Shown here: in pieces, positions 11,065 through 19,055 of the stretch
How the letters are laid out: each line of letters begins with the position of its first letter
How positions within the stretch are numbered: position 1 is the stretch's first letter
Source of the DNA: Promethearchaeota archaeon
GTDB taxonomy: Archaea > Asgardarchaeota > Lokiarchaeia > Sigyniarchaeales > SOKP01
Assembly: GCA_016839555.1 (NCBI GenBank)
Contig: JAEOUA010000010.1
Span: 128,001-192,000 of the forward strand
DNA length: 64,000 nt
Direction of reading: 5' to 3'
Made by a program: the position numbers and the translations under genes
The notes under the pieces: generated by a model
What the model was told of the DNA's origin: nothing
Database searches by the model: none
The model's input: the letters and a program-made list of their open reading frames with translations, nothing else

Positions 11065-12008
11065 TTATGTTGGAAATTTGAGCTTATCCAAGGCAACCTC
11101 TAAGTCTTTTTCCTTTTTTATTAGGGTGCCTAAAAATGGAAAGCTATTCTTAAATTTCTCTATTGAGATGCCGCTTTTGAGCAATACTCCAATCCAATCT
11201 AATAATTCTGAAGTGGAGGGCATTTTACGTAGATTTGTAATTGCTCTTAGTTGGTAAAATTTCTTAATACATTCATTTAAAAGGTTATCTTTCAAATTAG
11301 GATAATGGATCTTACAGATCTCCCTCATGAACTCTTTATCTGGAAATTCAATGTAATGAAAAACACATCTTCTTAAAAACGCATCGGGTAATTCCTTCTC
11401 ATTATTGGATGTAATTATAACAATAGGTCGATGTTTAGCTTTGAAAAATTCATCTGTTTCCTTTATATAAAATTCCATTACGTCTAATTCCTGAAGCAAA
11501 TCGTTCGGAAATTCTATTTTCCGTAGAATATAGTCAGTTATATTCTATATCGGCTTTATCGATTTCATCGATAAGAAGAACGACTTGCTCCTCAGATACA
11601 AATGCTTGTCCTAACGGTCCGAGCTCGATATAATCATGGATGTTATTTACATCCCTCTCCTCGCTACCAAACCTACTATCGTTTGATCTCCAAGTTATAA
11701 TTTAACTTTGAATTAATCTCTTAATAGTATCATATTGGTAGCAGCCAAAAATTGCTTCACTGGTCGATTTAATGTTCCATATTATCAATCTTTTACCTAT
11801 GGCTTCTGCTATTGCATGTGCAAGGAGAGTTTTTCCCGTTCTGGTAGAAATTAACATATTAAAATCTATTTCCAGGCTCTCCTTTTACGAGCAATGGTCG
11901 AGCTAAGGCTATTGACACATTTACTATGTTTTGTAGCTGCGGATCTGCGATATATTTTATGTTTGCGGTATTTACATTTCCTTCGAATTGATTAAAGGTT
12001 TGACTCAT
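11065..12008 (-). CDS. MoxR-family AAA+ ATPase, 283 aa after removal of three predicted BHB introns; exons complement(join(11065..11517,11549..11682,11713..11838,11870..12008))
   Basis: Manual translation from ATG 12008: MSQTFNQFEG...RPLLVKGEPG^TGKTLLAHAIA...WNIKSTS...YQYDTIKRL^NDSRFG...GPLGQAF...LLIDEIDKAD^IEFPNDLLQELD...ITSNNEKELPDAFLRRC...PSTSELLDW. 944 - 92 = 852 nt = 283 aa + stop, with no other lesions. Confidence 0.9.
11518..11548 (-). other. Predicted 31-nt relaxed BHB intron 3, just after Walker B of moxR
   Basis: mRNA reads GCCG-AU^A-UAGAAUAUA-ACUGAC-UAUAUUCUA-CGGA-AA^A-U. Perfect 9-bp inner stem; helix 3 of 4 pairs; in-frame UGA. Excision gives GCC GAT ATA GAA TTT (ADIEF). Confidence 0.8.
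11683..11712 (-). other. Predicted 30-nt BHB/BHL-type intron 2 of moxR
   Basis: mRNA reads GAUU-AA^U-UCAAAGUUA-AAUUA-UAACUUGGA-GAUC-AA^A. Helix GAUU/GAUC (one G-U); inner stem 8 of 9 pairs; outer ACUAUU/GAUAGU; in-frame UAA. Excision gives AGA TTA AAC GAT (RLND). Confidence 0.8.
11839..11869 (-). other. Predicted 31-nt BHB intron 1, inside the Walker A motif of moxR
   Basis: mRNA reads C-CUGG-AA^A-UAGA...UCUA-CCAG-AA^C-G. Central 4-bp helix CUGG/CCAG with two 3-nt bulges; exon-exon stem AAGGAGAG/CUCUCCUU; in-frame UAA. Excision gives CCT GGA ACG GGA AAA (PGTGK). Confidence 0.85.
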
Positions 12009-12368
12009 ATTTTTTAAAATTATAGAAAAATTAAATATTTTTTTACTTTCTCTTAAAGAATCATTAATAATTTAATTAAATATGAAAATCGATTATAGCT
12101 AATCGATAGAAATTAAAACAGCTTTCAAAAAAATAAAGAAAAACAATTAAATGGATTTCTTAAAAAAAGATTTAGAGCCATTCCACAATTGGTGAGCAAT
12201 CTAATCTTTCCAAGTGTTTAAGGTTGACTTATATTACCACTATTTTTGGGTTCTTTTATGAATATAAATACTTGGTGAATCCAATCTATTTGCTAAAACA
12301 ATAAAAAGAAAAAAAAAGAGATTAAGATTTATATGTATTTGATAAATCTTCAAATTTTTATCAAAACT

Positions 12369-13472
12369 TTAAGTTGATAGTCCACCATCGTTTATAGTCC
12401 ACTTTTTAGTAGTCTCAAGGTAATTATGGGCATGTTGAGCATCGCTGCTATATTGTACACTGCCTACCCCAAGAGTGACACTTTCTTGCAATGTTGTTAA
12501 ATTTGACCATCCAATGAGCAAGCTATCATAATTCTCAGGTGTTAATGCACTATAGTTGAACATTGCGGTCATATCTGTGACGCTTGACACATTCCAGCTA
12601 CTAATATCCTGGTTAAAAACACCAGCACCAAAGAACATATAGCTCATATCCTCAACTTTTGACACGTTCCAGCTACTAATATCCTGGTTAAAATCATAAG
12701 CACTACCAAACATGCTACTCATGGTTGTCACACTCGATACGTCCCAATTCCCAATATCTTGATTGAACGTATTAGCACCTGTAAACATGCTACTCATGGT
12801 TGTCACACTCGATACGTCCCAATTCCCAATATCTTGATTGAACTTATTAGCATAAAAGAACATAAAGTTCATATCTTCGACATTCGAGACATCCCAGCTA
12901 TTCATGCTTGGTACGGTATCAAGAGTAGAGCAATGCCGAAACGCAAAAGATAAATCAGTTGTTCCTGTTAAATCCAAAATGTCCGTTGCTGTAATATTAA
13001 GATTAGAGCACCCATAAAAGTAGCCACCTGAATTTCCTAATCGTAAAGAACCCCATTGCTTAATTTCAAGCAGTTTATCTTTATCTCCTCCGTAATGAAA
13101 TCTCCAGCCAATAATTTTTCCAGTGATACTAATGGTATATACACCTTCTGAAGCATATGTGTGATTTACTTCAGATTGGTTCCACTTCATGATCGTGGCA
13201 TTAGTCCCATCACCCCAGTAAACAGTAAAATTATATTCTCCAAATTCTTCCAAAGGTAATTGCACTTCATCGGGATTAGTTGTCCCAGATTTTGAAGTAT
13301 TCCATACTGAGATAAATGCGTTTTCTGGTACTTGATCCCCTCCGGGAGGTAATAAGAATAAATTGCCTTCCTCTGCTTCTCGCGGCCAGAAAGCGATTGA
13401 TAACCCAATAGCTACTCCACCCACTATTAACACAGCGATAATTACCACTGCAAGTGTTTTTTTACTAATCAT
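12369..13472 (-). CDS. Membrane-anchored BspA-type/DUF285 repeat surface protein with a PKD-like segment
   Basis: N-terminal hydrophobic anchor; VYWGDG..HTY..GVYTISITG; 25-aa repeats FNQDIGNWDVSSVTTMSSMF. Confidence 0.88.
   Translation of the reverse strand: MISKKTLAVVIIAVLIVGGVAIGLSIAFWPREAEEGNLFLLPPGGDQVPENAFISVWNTSKSGTTNPDEVQLPLEEFGEYNFTVYWGDGTNATIMKWNQSEVNHTYASEGVYTISITGKIIGWRFHYGGDKDKLLEIKQWGSLRLGNSGGYFYGCSNLNITATDILDLTGTTDLSFAFRHCSTLDTVPSMNSWDVSNVEDMNFMFFYANKFNQDIGNWDVSSVTTMSSMFTGANTFNQDIGNWDVSSVTTMSSMFGSAYDFNQDISSWNVSKVEDMSYMFFGAGVFNQDISSWNVSSVTDMTAMFNYSALTPENYDSLLIGWSNLTTLQESVTLGVGSVQYSSDAQHAHNYLETTKKWTINDGGLST
12585..12905. repeat. 75-bp period intragenic tandem repeats encoding DUF285 units
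   Basis: 61 identical nt at 12708-12768 and 12783-12843; ttccagctactaatatcctggttaaaa at 12592 and 12667. Confidence 0.9.
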
Positions 13473-13832
13473 CTCGGATCACCTATTAAATAATACTAAC
13501 TTAATTATAAACCTAGCTAAAAATATTTTTGATTATAGTGTACTTATCTTGTAATTTTTTATGGAAAAAGTATAATTTTTCGAATTTTATAAGCTGGTAG
13601 ATTTATCTTTTTATACAAAAAAATTTAAATTTTTAAGAATATAAAACAAAATCACTACTAAAAAAATTGGGATATAAAAAGAGGTTAAAACATATATATT
13701 ATTTTAGTTAAATCTAAAGATTCATTATTAGCTCAATTTTAGATGAAAGAAGATTTTTTATAATTAATAGAATTTTAAAAGAAAGTGTAAAATAATAAAG
13801 AAAAAGAATTTAATAGGTTTTATAAAAAATAC

Positions 13833-14186
13833 TTAGAGCCATTCTACTGTAGATGAGCAGCCTAATCCTTCTTGATCTTTAATTCTTCCATAAACAAGGA
13901 ACGAGGCACCCTCATAACCACATTCGGGGCATTTATTTTTTGCTACTAATTCTACTAAGTCATCAATCACAACAGCATGGTTAACTGAGGCAGATACACC
14001 AAAAGGAGTAAGTACTTCTAGAAAGCCTTTCTCACCGACATCTTCTATGGGATCCAGAGATTCTAAATCTCTAATAATAATTCGAGCTTGAGGCGGTGTG
14101 TGAAAAATAAAATCTTGATATTTATCCGACCAATGGCTGCCAAAAAATCTTTTCCTTCCAATTCCCTTATTAAATTCCAGAACCAT
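13833..14186 (-). pseudogene. C-terminal fragment of a LuxE-like acyl-protein synthetase
   Basis: FGSHWSDKYQDFIFH...RD...L.P...GFLEVLTPFG...DD...CPECG...GR...GCSS matches the C-terminus of 49408-50601; the N-terminal two thirds are absent. Confidence 0.7.
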
Positions 14187-14298
14187 TTTCAGTTAAGAAA
14201 AAAACTAAAACTGGCACCATAATTTGATGGTAATTTTAAACAAATTTCATTTTAAATGGTTAAATCTATACCATCAATCCAACATAAAATAGGCAGAT

Positions 14299-14643
14299 TT
14301 ACATTTGTTTAATAATCTCTTTTAAAATTAATTCACCTGTTGCTCCAATCATAACTCCATTTTTGACCATAATATACCCCTCGATTTTTATCTCTTTTTC
14401 TAAAAGCTTTCCATCTTTAAAAAATAATAAGGTAGGAACACTTGTTATGCCTAATGATGTTACTAAATCAGGTTGCTGATAAAGGTCAATTTGAATTAAA
14501 TTAATTAATCCTTTATCCCGAAATTTTTCAAGTAGCGGAGATAGAATTTTACATGGTTCGCACCATTCAGAAGAAATATCAACAATTAGTTTTCCTTTTT
14601 TAGCTCCCTCTATCCCAAATTTTTTAAGATCTTCGAGTTCCAT
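14299..14643 (-). CDS. Thioredoxin-family protein
   Basis: WCEPC active site; GITSVPTLLFFKDG. Confidence 0.9.
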   Translation of the reverse strand: MELEDLKKFGIEGAKKGKLIVDISSEWCEPCKILSPLLEKFRDKGLINLIQIDLYQQPDLVTSLGITSVPTLLFFKDGKLLEKEIKIEGYIMVKNGVMIGATGELILKEIIKQM

Positions 14644-14666
14644 AAATAATTCAATTCTTTATGTAA

Positions 14667-15404
14667 TTAAAGTTTATTTCCGCAATAATGACAATATATT
14701 GCTTCTTTAAGATTTTCCGCGCCACATTTTTCGCAAATCATAAATTCTTTATCTGGTTTTTCTTTCGACATTTCTTCATATTTATCATATAGAGTATTAA
14801 GCTTTTTTCTTTTAAGATTAAGTTTATATTTATTGATATTTTTTCCAATCAATTCTATTATGCTATTCCATTTATCCCATTTAACGGAAGGTAATTTAAG
14901 AATAGATTCATTGCTCTTTGGATTAAATATAGATTTTCGATCTTCTATTAATACATTTTCATTCCCTTTTTCAAGATTAAATTTAAGGTCATTTAATTGT
15001 TTTTTAAGCTTTCTTTTTTTGATAAAATTACTCTTTGCTTTCTCTACTAAATAATTTATGAAATCCTCTTTTAATATAATCAAATTATTTTCATTAGATC
15101 TAAAGCACTTTTCATCCATTAAAATATTAGCCGCTACAAATTCCTTTCTTTCTTTAATTTTTTCCTCGATTTTTCGTTTTAATTCCTCTATTTTTAAATT
15201 AATTTCATTAGCATTTATATTTTGAGAAAAATTGTTTTTTATTTTCCTCTTTTCATTATTTATATTACTCCATCTTGGTCTCCTATAATTGCTAGGAGGA
15301 TGTTGAATATTTGGCTGGCGAATTATATTATTATAAAGAGCATATCGAAGAACTGTTCTATTATTTAAGCAATAAGAATTACGGTTATGTCCCCTTCTTC
15401 TCAT
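14667..15404 (-). CDS. Hypothetical coiled-coil protein with a C-terminal zinc ribbon
   Basis: CEKCG...YCHYCGNKL at the C-terminus. Start moved to ATG 15404 (MRRRGH) because GAGGTG lies just upstream. Confidence 0.65.
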   Translation of the reverse strand: MRRRGHNRNSYCLNNRTVLRYALYNNIIRQPNIQHPPSNYRRPRWSNINNEKRKIKNNFSQNINANEINLKIEELKRKIEEKIKERKEFVAANILMDEKCFRSNENNLIILKEDFINYLVEKAKSNFIKKRKLKKQLNDLKFNLEKGNENVLIEDRKSIFNPKSNESILKLPSVKWDKWNSIIELIGKNINKYKLNLKRKKLNTLYDKYEEMSKEKPDKEFMICEKCGAENLKEAIYCHYCGNKL

Positions 15405-15552
15405 CTTAATTATACACCTCTTTTTAATTTTATTTTTAAAATTAAATTTAGATTTTTTCAAATAATGAATAATCATTCAATATTATTAAATCTTATTGTA
15501 TCAAAAAAAACGTTCTAAAACAAATAGCTCATGAGAAAAAAGGTGTTATATT

Positions 15553-16077
15553 TTAGGAATTAATAATTTGATTAGTAAGTCTCGATAAGTCTTTCATTGC
15601 CTCTGTGTCTTCTTTAACATCTCCTTTATGAAGTCCATAACCAATTACTCCAGGAATTTTTTTAACCTTTAAACGAGATAAATATTCTTCCATCTCGTGG
15701 ATTCCTGCCCCAATATCCCTTCTTCCTACAATAATATAAGAACCGATTTTTCCCATAAGCTGCCCTTTTCTGAGATGCCAAGTTCTTTCCATAAAGGCTC
15801 TTAAGCGTGATGCGATACCTCCCATAAAAATAGGCGAAGATAAAATAATTACATCAGTTTCTTTGAGCTTTTTATACATCTCTTGCATATCATCTTTAAT
15901 AGAACACTCATCATTTTCCACGCAATAATAACATTCTTTACAAGGACTAATTTCGTAATCTTTTAAAAAAATAATTTCTACCTCATTACCCTTATTTAAT
16001 TTTTTAGCTAAATCTTCTAAAAGGTATGCTGTATTTCCATCTCTTCGAGGTGAACCTAGGATTCCTAATATTTTCAT
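15553..16077 (-). CDS. Iron-sulfur flavoprotein / flavodoxin-family protein
   Basis: GSPRRDGNT, CKECYYC...C..KDDM, SPIFMG. Confidence 0.9.
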   Translation of the reverse strand: MKILGILGSPRRDGNTAYLLEDLAKKLNKGNEVEIIFLKDYEISPCKECYYCVENDECSIKDDMQEMYKKLKETDVIILSSPIFMGGIASRLRAFMERTWHLRKGQLMGKIGSYIIVGRRDIGAGIHEMEEYLSRLKVKKIPGVIGYGLHKGDVKEDTEAMKDLSRLTNQIINS

Positions 16078-16216
16078 ATCTTTTATCTAAACTTTATTTT
16101 TCTCCTTTTTATCTAAATAAGTAAGGGGTATATATATATTTTATGAATGATTATTCAATATGAAATAACAAATAATATTTTTAATTCTACCTTATGACAA
16201 TATAGGAAAATCAAAC

Positions 16217-17008
16217 ATGCCGCCTATACCAAAAAGAAAAATTGTCTGTTTTGCTGGTAAAGGAGGAGTTGGAAAATCTACTTCAGCCATTTTATTCTTA
16301 AAATATCTTAATTCAAAATATCCTGATCTCAGAAAAATAATAATCGATGCGGATCCTGACGCAAATATTTTAGATCTTCTTAATAAATCGCTAAGTTTTT
16401 ATGATACAATAGGAGGAAAAATAGCTACTTTGCATAAACAGCTTGCAAGAAAAGCATTACCCCCGAATACTTCAGAAAAAACTTTAATTGAGAATCTAAT
16501 ATTTCAGAGTATAATAAAATTTGACAATTATGACCTAATTGTGATGGGGCGAAGGGAGGGGGAAGGATGTTATTGTTCCGTCAATAATATTCTAAAAAAT
16601 ATAATTAACATATTTGAAGATATTTATGATATAGTAATTATCGATTCTCCTGCAGGACTAGAGTTTTTTGCGCGCAAAACTTCTACCAATGTAGATGATT
16701 TGATTTTAGTTGTTGATACCAGTAAGATGAGTTTTCATACTATTCAGAGATTAATGACTATAAAAACAGAATTAAGTCTAAAATTTAAAAAAGTGTGGGT
16801 TTTAGTCAATAAATTCTCTCTGGAAAATAAAGAAACTTTCCTTGAAAGAATTAAAGAATTTTCCAATGGTGAAGCAAAATTACTCGGTTTTTTAGCTAAA
16901 GACACAACGATTCAAGAGTTCAATTTATTGCAGAAATCTTTACTTGATTTGCCAGATAATAATCCTCTATATCAAGATTTTAAATCTTTTGCTGCTAAAA
17001 TAATATAA
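16217..17008 (+). CDS. cooC: CooC-like nickel-insertion ATPase (CODH/ACS maturation)
   Basis: GKGGVGKS, IDADPD, GEGCYC metal-binding motif, DSPAGLE. Confidence 0.85.
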   Translation: MPPIPKRKIVCFAGKGGVGKSTSAILFLKYLNSKYPDLRKIIIDADPDANILDLLNKSLSFYDTIGGKIATLHKQLARKALPPNTSEKTLIENLIFQSIIKFDNYDLIVMGRREGEGCYCSVNNILKNIINIFEDIYDIVIIDSPAGLEFFARKTSTNVDDLILVVDTSKMSFHTIQRLMTIKTELSLKFKKVWVLVNKFSLENKETFLERIKEFSNGEAKLLGFLAKDTTIQEFNLLQKSLLDLPDNNPLYQDFKSFAAKII

Positions 17009-17133
17009 ATCATTAAGAAAAACCCTTTACATTAAAGTATTAAAAATCCATGAGTTATATATCTTTTATTTGAAAAACTTATATTATTTCATTATCTAAA
17101 AATAAATATAATGTCAAATTCAAAAGGAAAATT

Positions 17134-17472
17134 ATGAAATTTAATTTAAAGGATAATTGTATCAATTGCGGTAAAAAGGAATTTTATTACGGCCCAAAAC
17201 TCAATAAAAATATTAAGGGTGTATATCTTGGTATGGGATTTTTGGGGCCAAAAGAAGAAAATAGAAAAGTAGGTCCTGGAAGAAAACATAAAGAAATCAT
17301 ATTGGTGGTAAACGGGAAGATTAAGATTATTTCCAAAAATGCGGAAATAGTCTTAGAGGAAGGAGAAGTTTATTTTATACCCGATGGGCAGAAAATTAGG
17401 TTAAGTAATTTGGTGAAACAAAGATCTTACTTTATCATCGCAGGAGGGCATACGAAACATCATAGCCATTAA
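17134..17472 (+). CDS. Cupin-fold protein
   Basis: H.EIILVVNGKI...LEEGEVYFIPDG motif; His-rich C-terminus. Confidence 0.7.
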   Translation: MKFNLKDNCINCGKKEFYYGPKLNKNIKGVYLGMGFLGPKEENRKVGPGRKHKEIILVVNGKIKIISKNAEIVLEEGEVYFIPDGQKIRLSNLVKQRSYFIIAGGHTKHHSH

Positions 17473-17496
17473 AAAAGGTTTAAAATTGAAAGTGTT

Positions 17497-18948
17497 TTAG
17501 TTTTCTTTCTCCTTAAATTGTTTCATATAATACCAATCTTTTAAATCTTCAAGTGTGGTATGCTCAACATGAGTTAAAAGATCATTTTTCGCATCTTTTT
17601 CGATTTTTTTGAATAATGCATTATATATATCCTCATTTTTATCTATAATATTATTATTCCAACTCGGATCTTTCTTTAAATCGAATAATTTTCGATTTTT
17701 TTTATCATTTGATGTAATCAACGCAAAATTATCATCTTTATACAATGTACACACACTAAATCCGCATGTTATATAATCACGGGATTCTATAAGGTGATCT
17801 TCTTCCTCAGTAAAAATAGAAAGATCTCTCCCTTCAAAGATTTTCGGACTTTCTTTTCCTAAAAATCCAAAAATAGTAGGTAAAATATCATGATCATATA
17901 CGTAAGTTCTTTTAATTCTCTTTGGACCATTTAAATTTCCAGGTGGTTTTATCATAAATGGAATATCCACAAGTTCAGGATACATTGCTAGCGGTATCTT
18001 TCCTATAGCATTATGTTCTCCTATACTATGCCCATGGTCGCTAATAAAGAAAATTAATGAATCCTCATACAAATCTAGTTCTTTTAACTCATTAATGAAT
18101 TTGCCAAACCAATGATCACATAAAGTAACTTCACCAGCATAATGCGCTCGCATGCATTTGATTTCATCATCTGTAATATTTTTTAGTCGCTCAATATAAA
18201 CTGGTTGTATCAATTTGGGACCGCAATATTCGGAATCTAAATATTTTTCCAAATATTCTTCAGGAGGATCCCAAGGTTCATGGGGGTCAAATTCATCTAT
18301 AATACAAAAGGTATTTTCAAATCGTTTTGTATCATTGATAAATTCTATTGCTTTTTCAAATGTTTGAGCAGGGAAATAATTTTCCTCTTTGTCTCTATCT
18401 TGAACATTAGCAAAATATCTTTCAAGAAGATATTTTTGGTATTTTGCTAAAGCCCGTCGTCTCCTTCCGTCCAAAGTATGACTGTTCATCAATTCTTTAA
18501 TTTCCTCATCATTCATACGTATTTTTGCGCGCGTTTTATCCATTTCGTGTCCCCTTATCCAATTCCATTGATCAAATCCAATATGGAAATTCATATTTGG
18601 TTTAAATTGATGGTATGTGCTTGTGATAAAGGCTGTTATATAGTCAAAATCCTTCATGTATTCCCCGATTTGTTTGTGATGCGGAGGAATCGGGTCCCAT
18701 CCAGGATCAAAAACTCCATCATCGGTTCGGAGTTTTGGTTTCTCATGATTAAACGGAAAAGTTCGAATGCCTGTATGAATTGCTCTCCGCACTGGGATTG
18801 TTGGTAAAGATTCAGGATATGCTTTATTAAAAACTAAACAATCATTCGCAAATTTATCAAAATGAGGCGTTTGTATCCAATCATTCCCATATGTCTTTCC
18901 GGTATGATCCTTTCTCAGAGTATCAAAAATTATAAGAAAAATCCTCAT
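17497..18948 (-). CDS. Sulfatase-like (alkaline phosphatase superfamily) hydrolase with Thr at the nucleophile position
   Basis: IFDTLRKDH, PTIPVRR, FDPHEPWDPP, YAGEVT..D, ISDHGH. Confidence 0.85.
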   Translation of the reverse strand: MRIFLIIFDTLRKDHTGKTYGNDWIQTPHFDKFANDCLVFNKAYPESLPTIPVRRAIHTGIRTFPFNHEKPKLRTDDGVFDPGWDPIPPHHKQIGEYMKDFDYITAFITSTYHQFKPNMNFHIGFDQWNWIRGHEMDKTRAKIRMNDEEIKELMNSHTLDGRRRRALAKYQKYLLERYFANVQDRDKEENYFPAQTFEKAIEFINDTKRFENTFCIIDEFDPHEPWDPPEEYLEKYLDSEYCGPKLIQPVYIERLKNITDDEIKCMRAHYAGEVTLCDHWFGKFINELKELDLYEDSLIFFISDHGHSIGEHNAIGKIPLAMYPELVDIPFMIKPPGNLNGPKRIKRTYVYDHDILPTIFGFLGKESPKIFEGRDLSIFTEEEDHLIESRDYITCGFSVCTLYKDDNFALITSNDKKNRKLFDLKKDPSWNNNIIDKNEDIYNALFKKIEKDAKNDLLTHVEHTTLEDLKDWYYMKQFKEKEN

Positions 18949-19055
18949 AATTAAAGATTAGATTATAAAAATATAAATTTAAATTCTATTTTATACCTTG
19001 ATTTTATCTAATTTTATTTATAATCATAAATATGATATTTAAATTGAAAACTTTT

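Noticed and set aside
11518-11869. Spliceosomal (GT-AG), group I/II intron or MITE interpretation of the insertions
   Set aside because: No possible boundary starts with GT, and 30-31 nt is far too short for self-splicing introns. Only intron 3 has a clear exact flanking direct repeat, and there are no shared transposon ends.
11065-12008. Reading moxR as a decayed pseudogene or a programmed-frameshift gene
   Set aside because: The only defects are three similar-sized hairpin insertions whose BHB cut sites restore the conserved motifs exactly. Each carries an in-frame stop and about 10 extra codons, which frameshifting would not remove.
12585-12905. Regularly spaced repeats as a CRISPR array
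   Set aside because: The 75-bp period is in frame within a DUF285 coding region, there are no unique spacers, and no cas genes are present.
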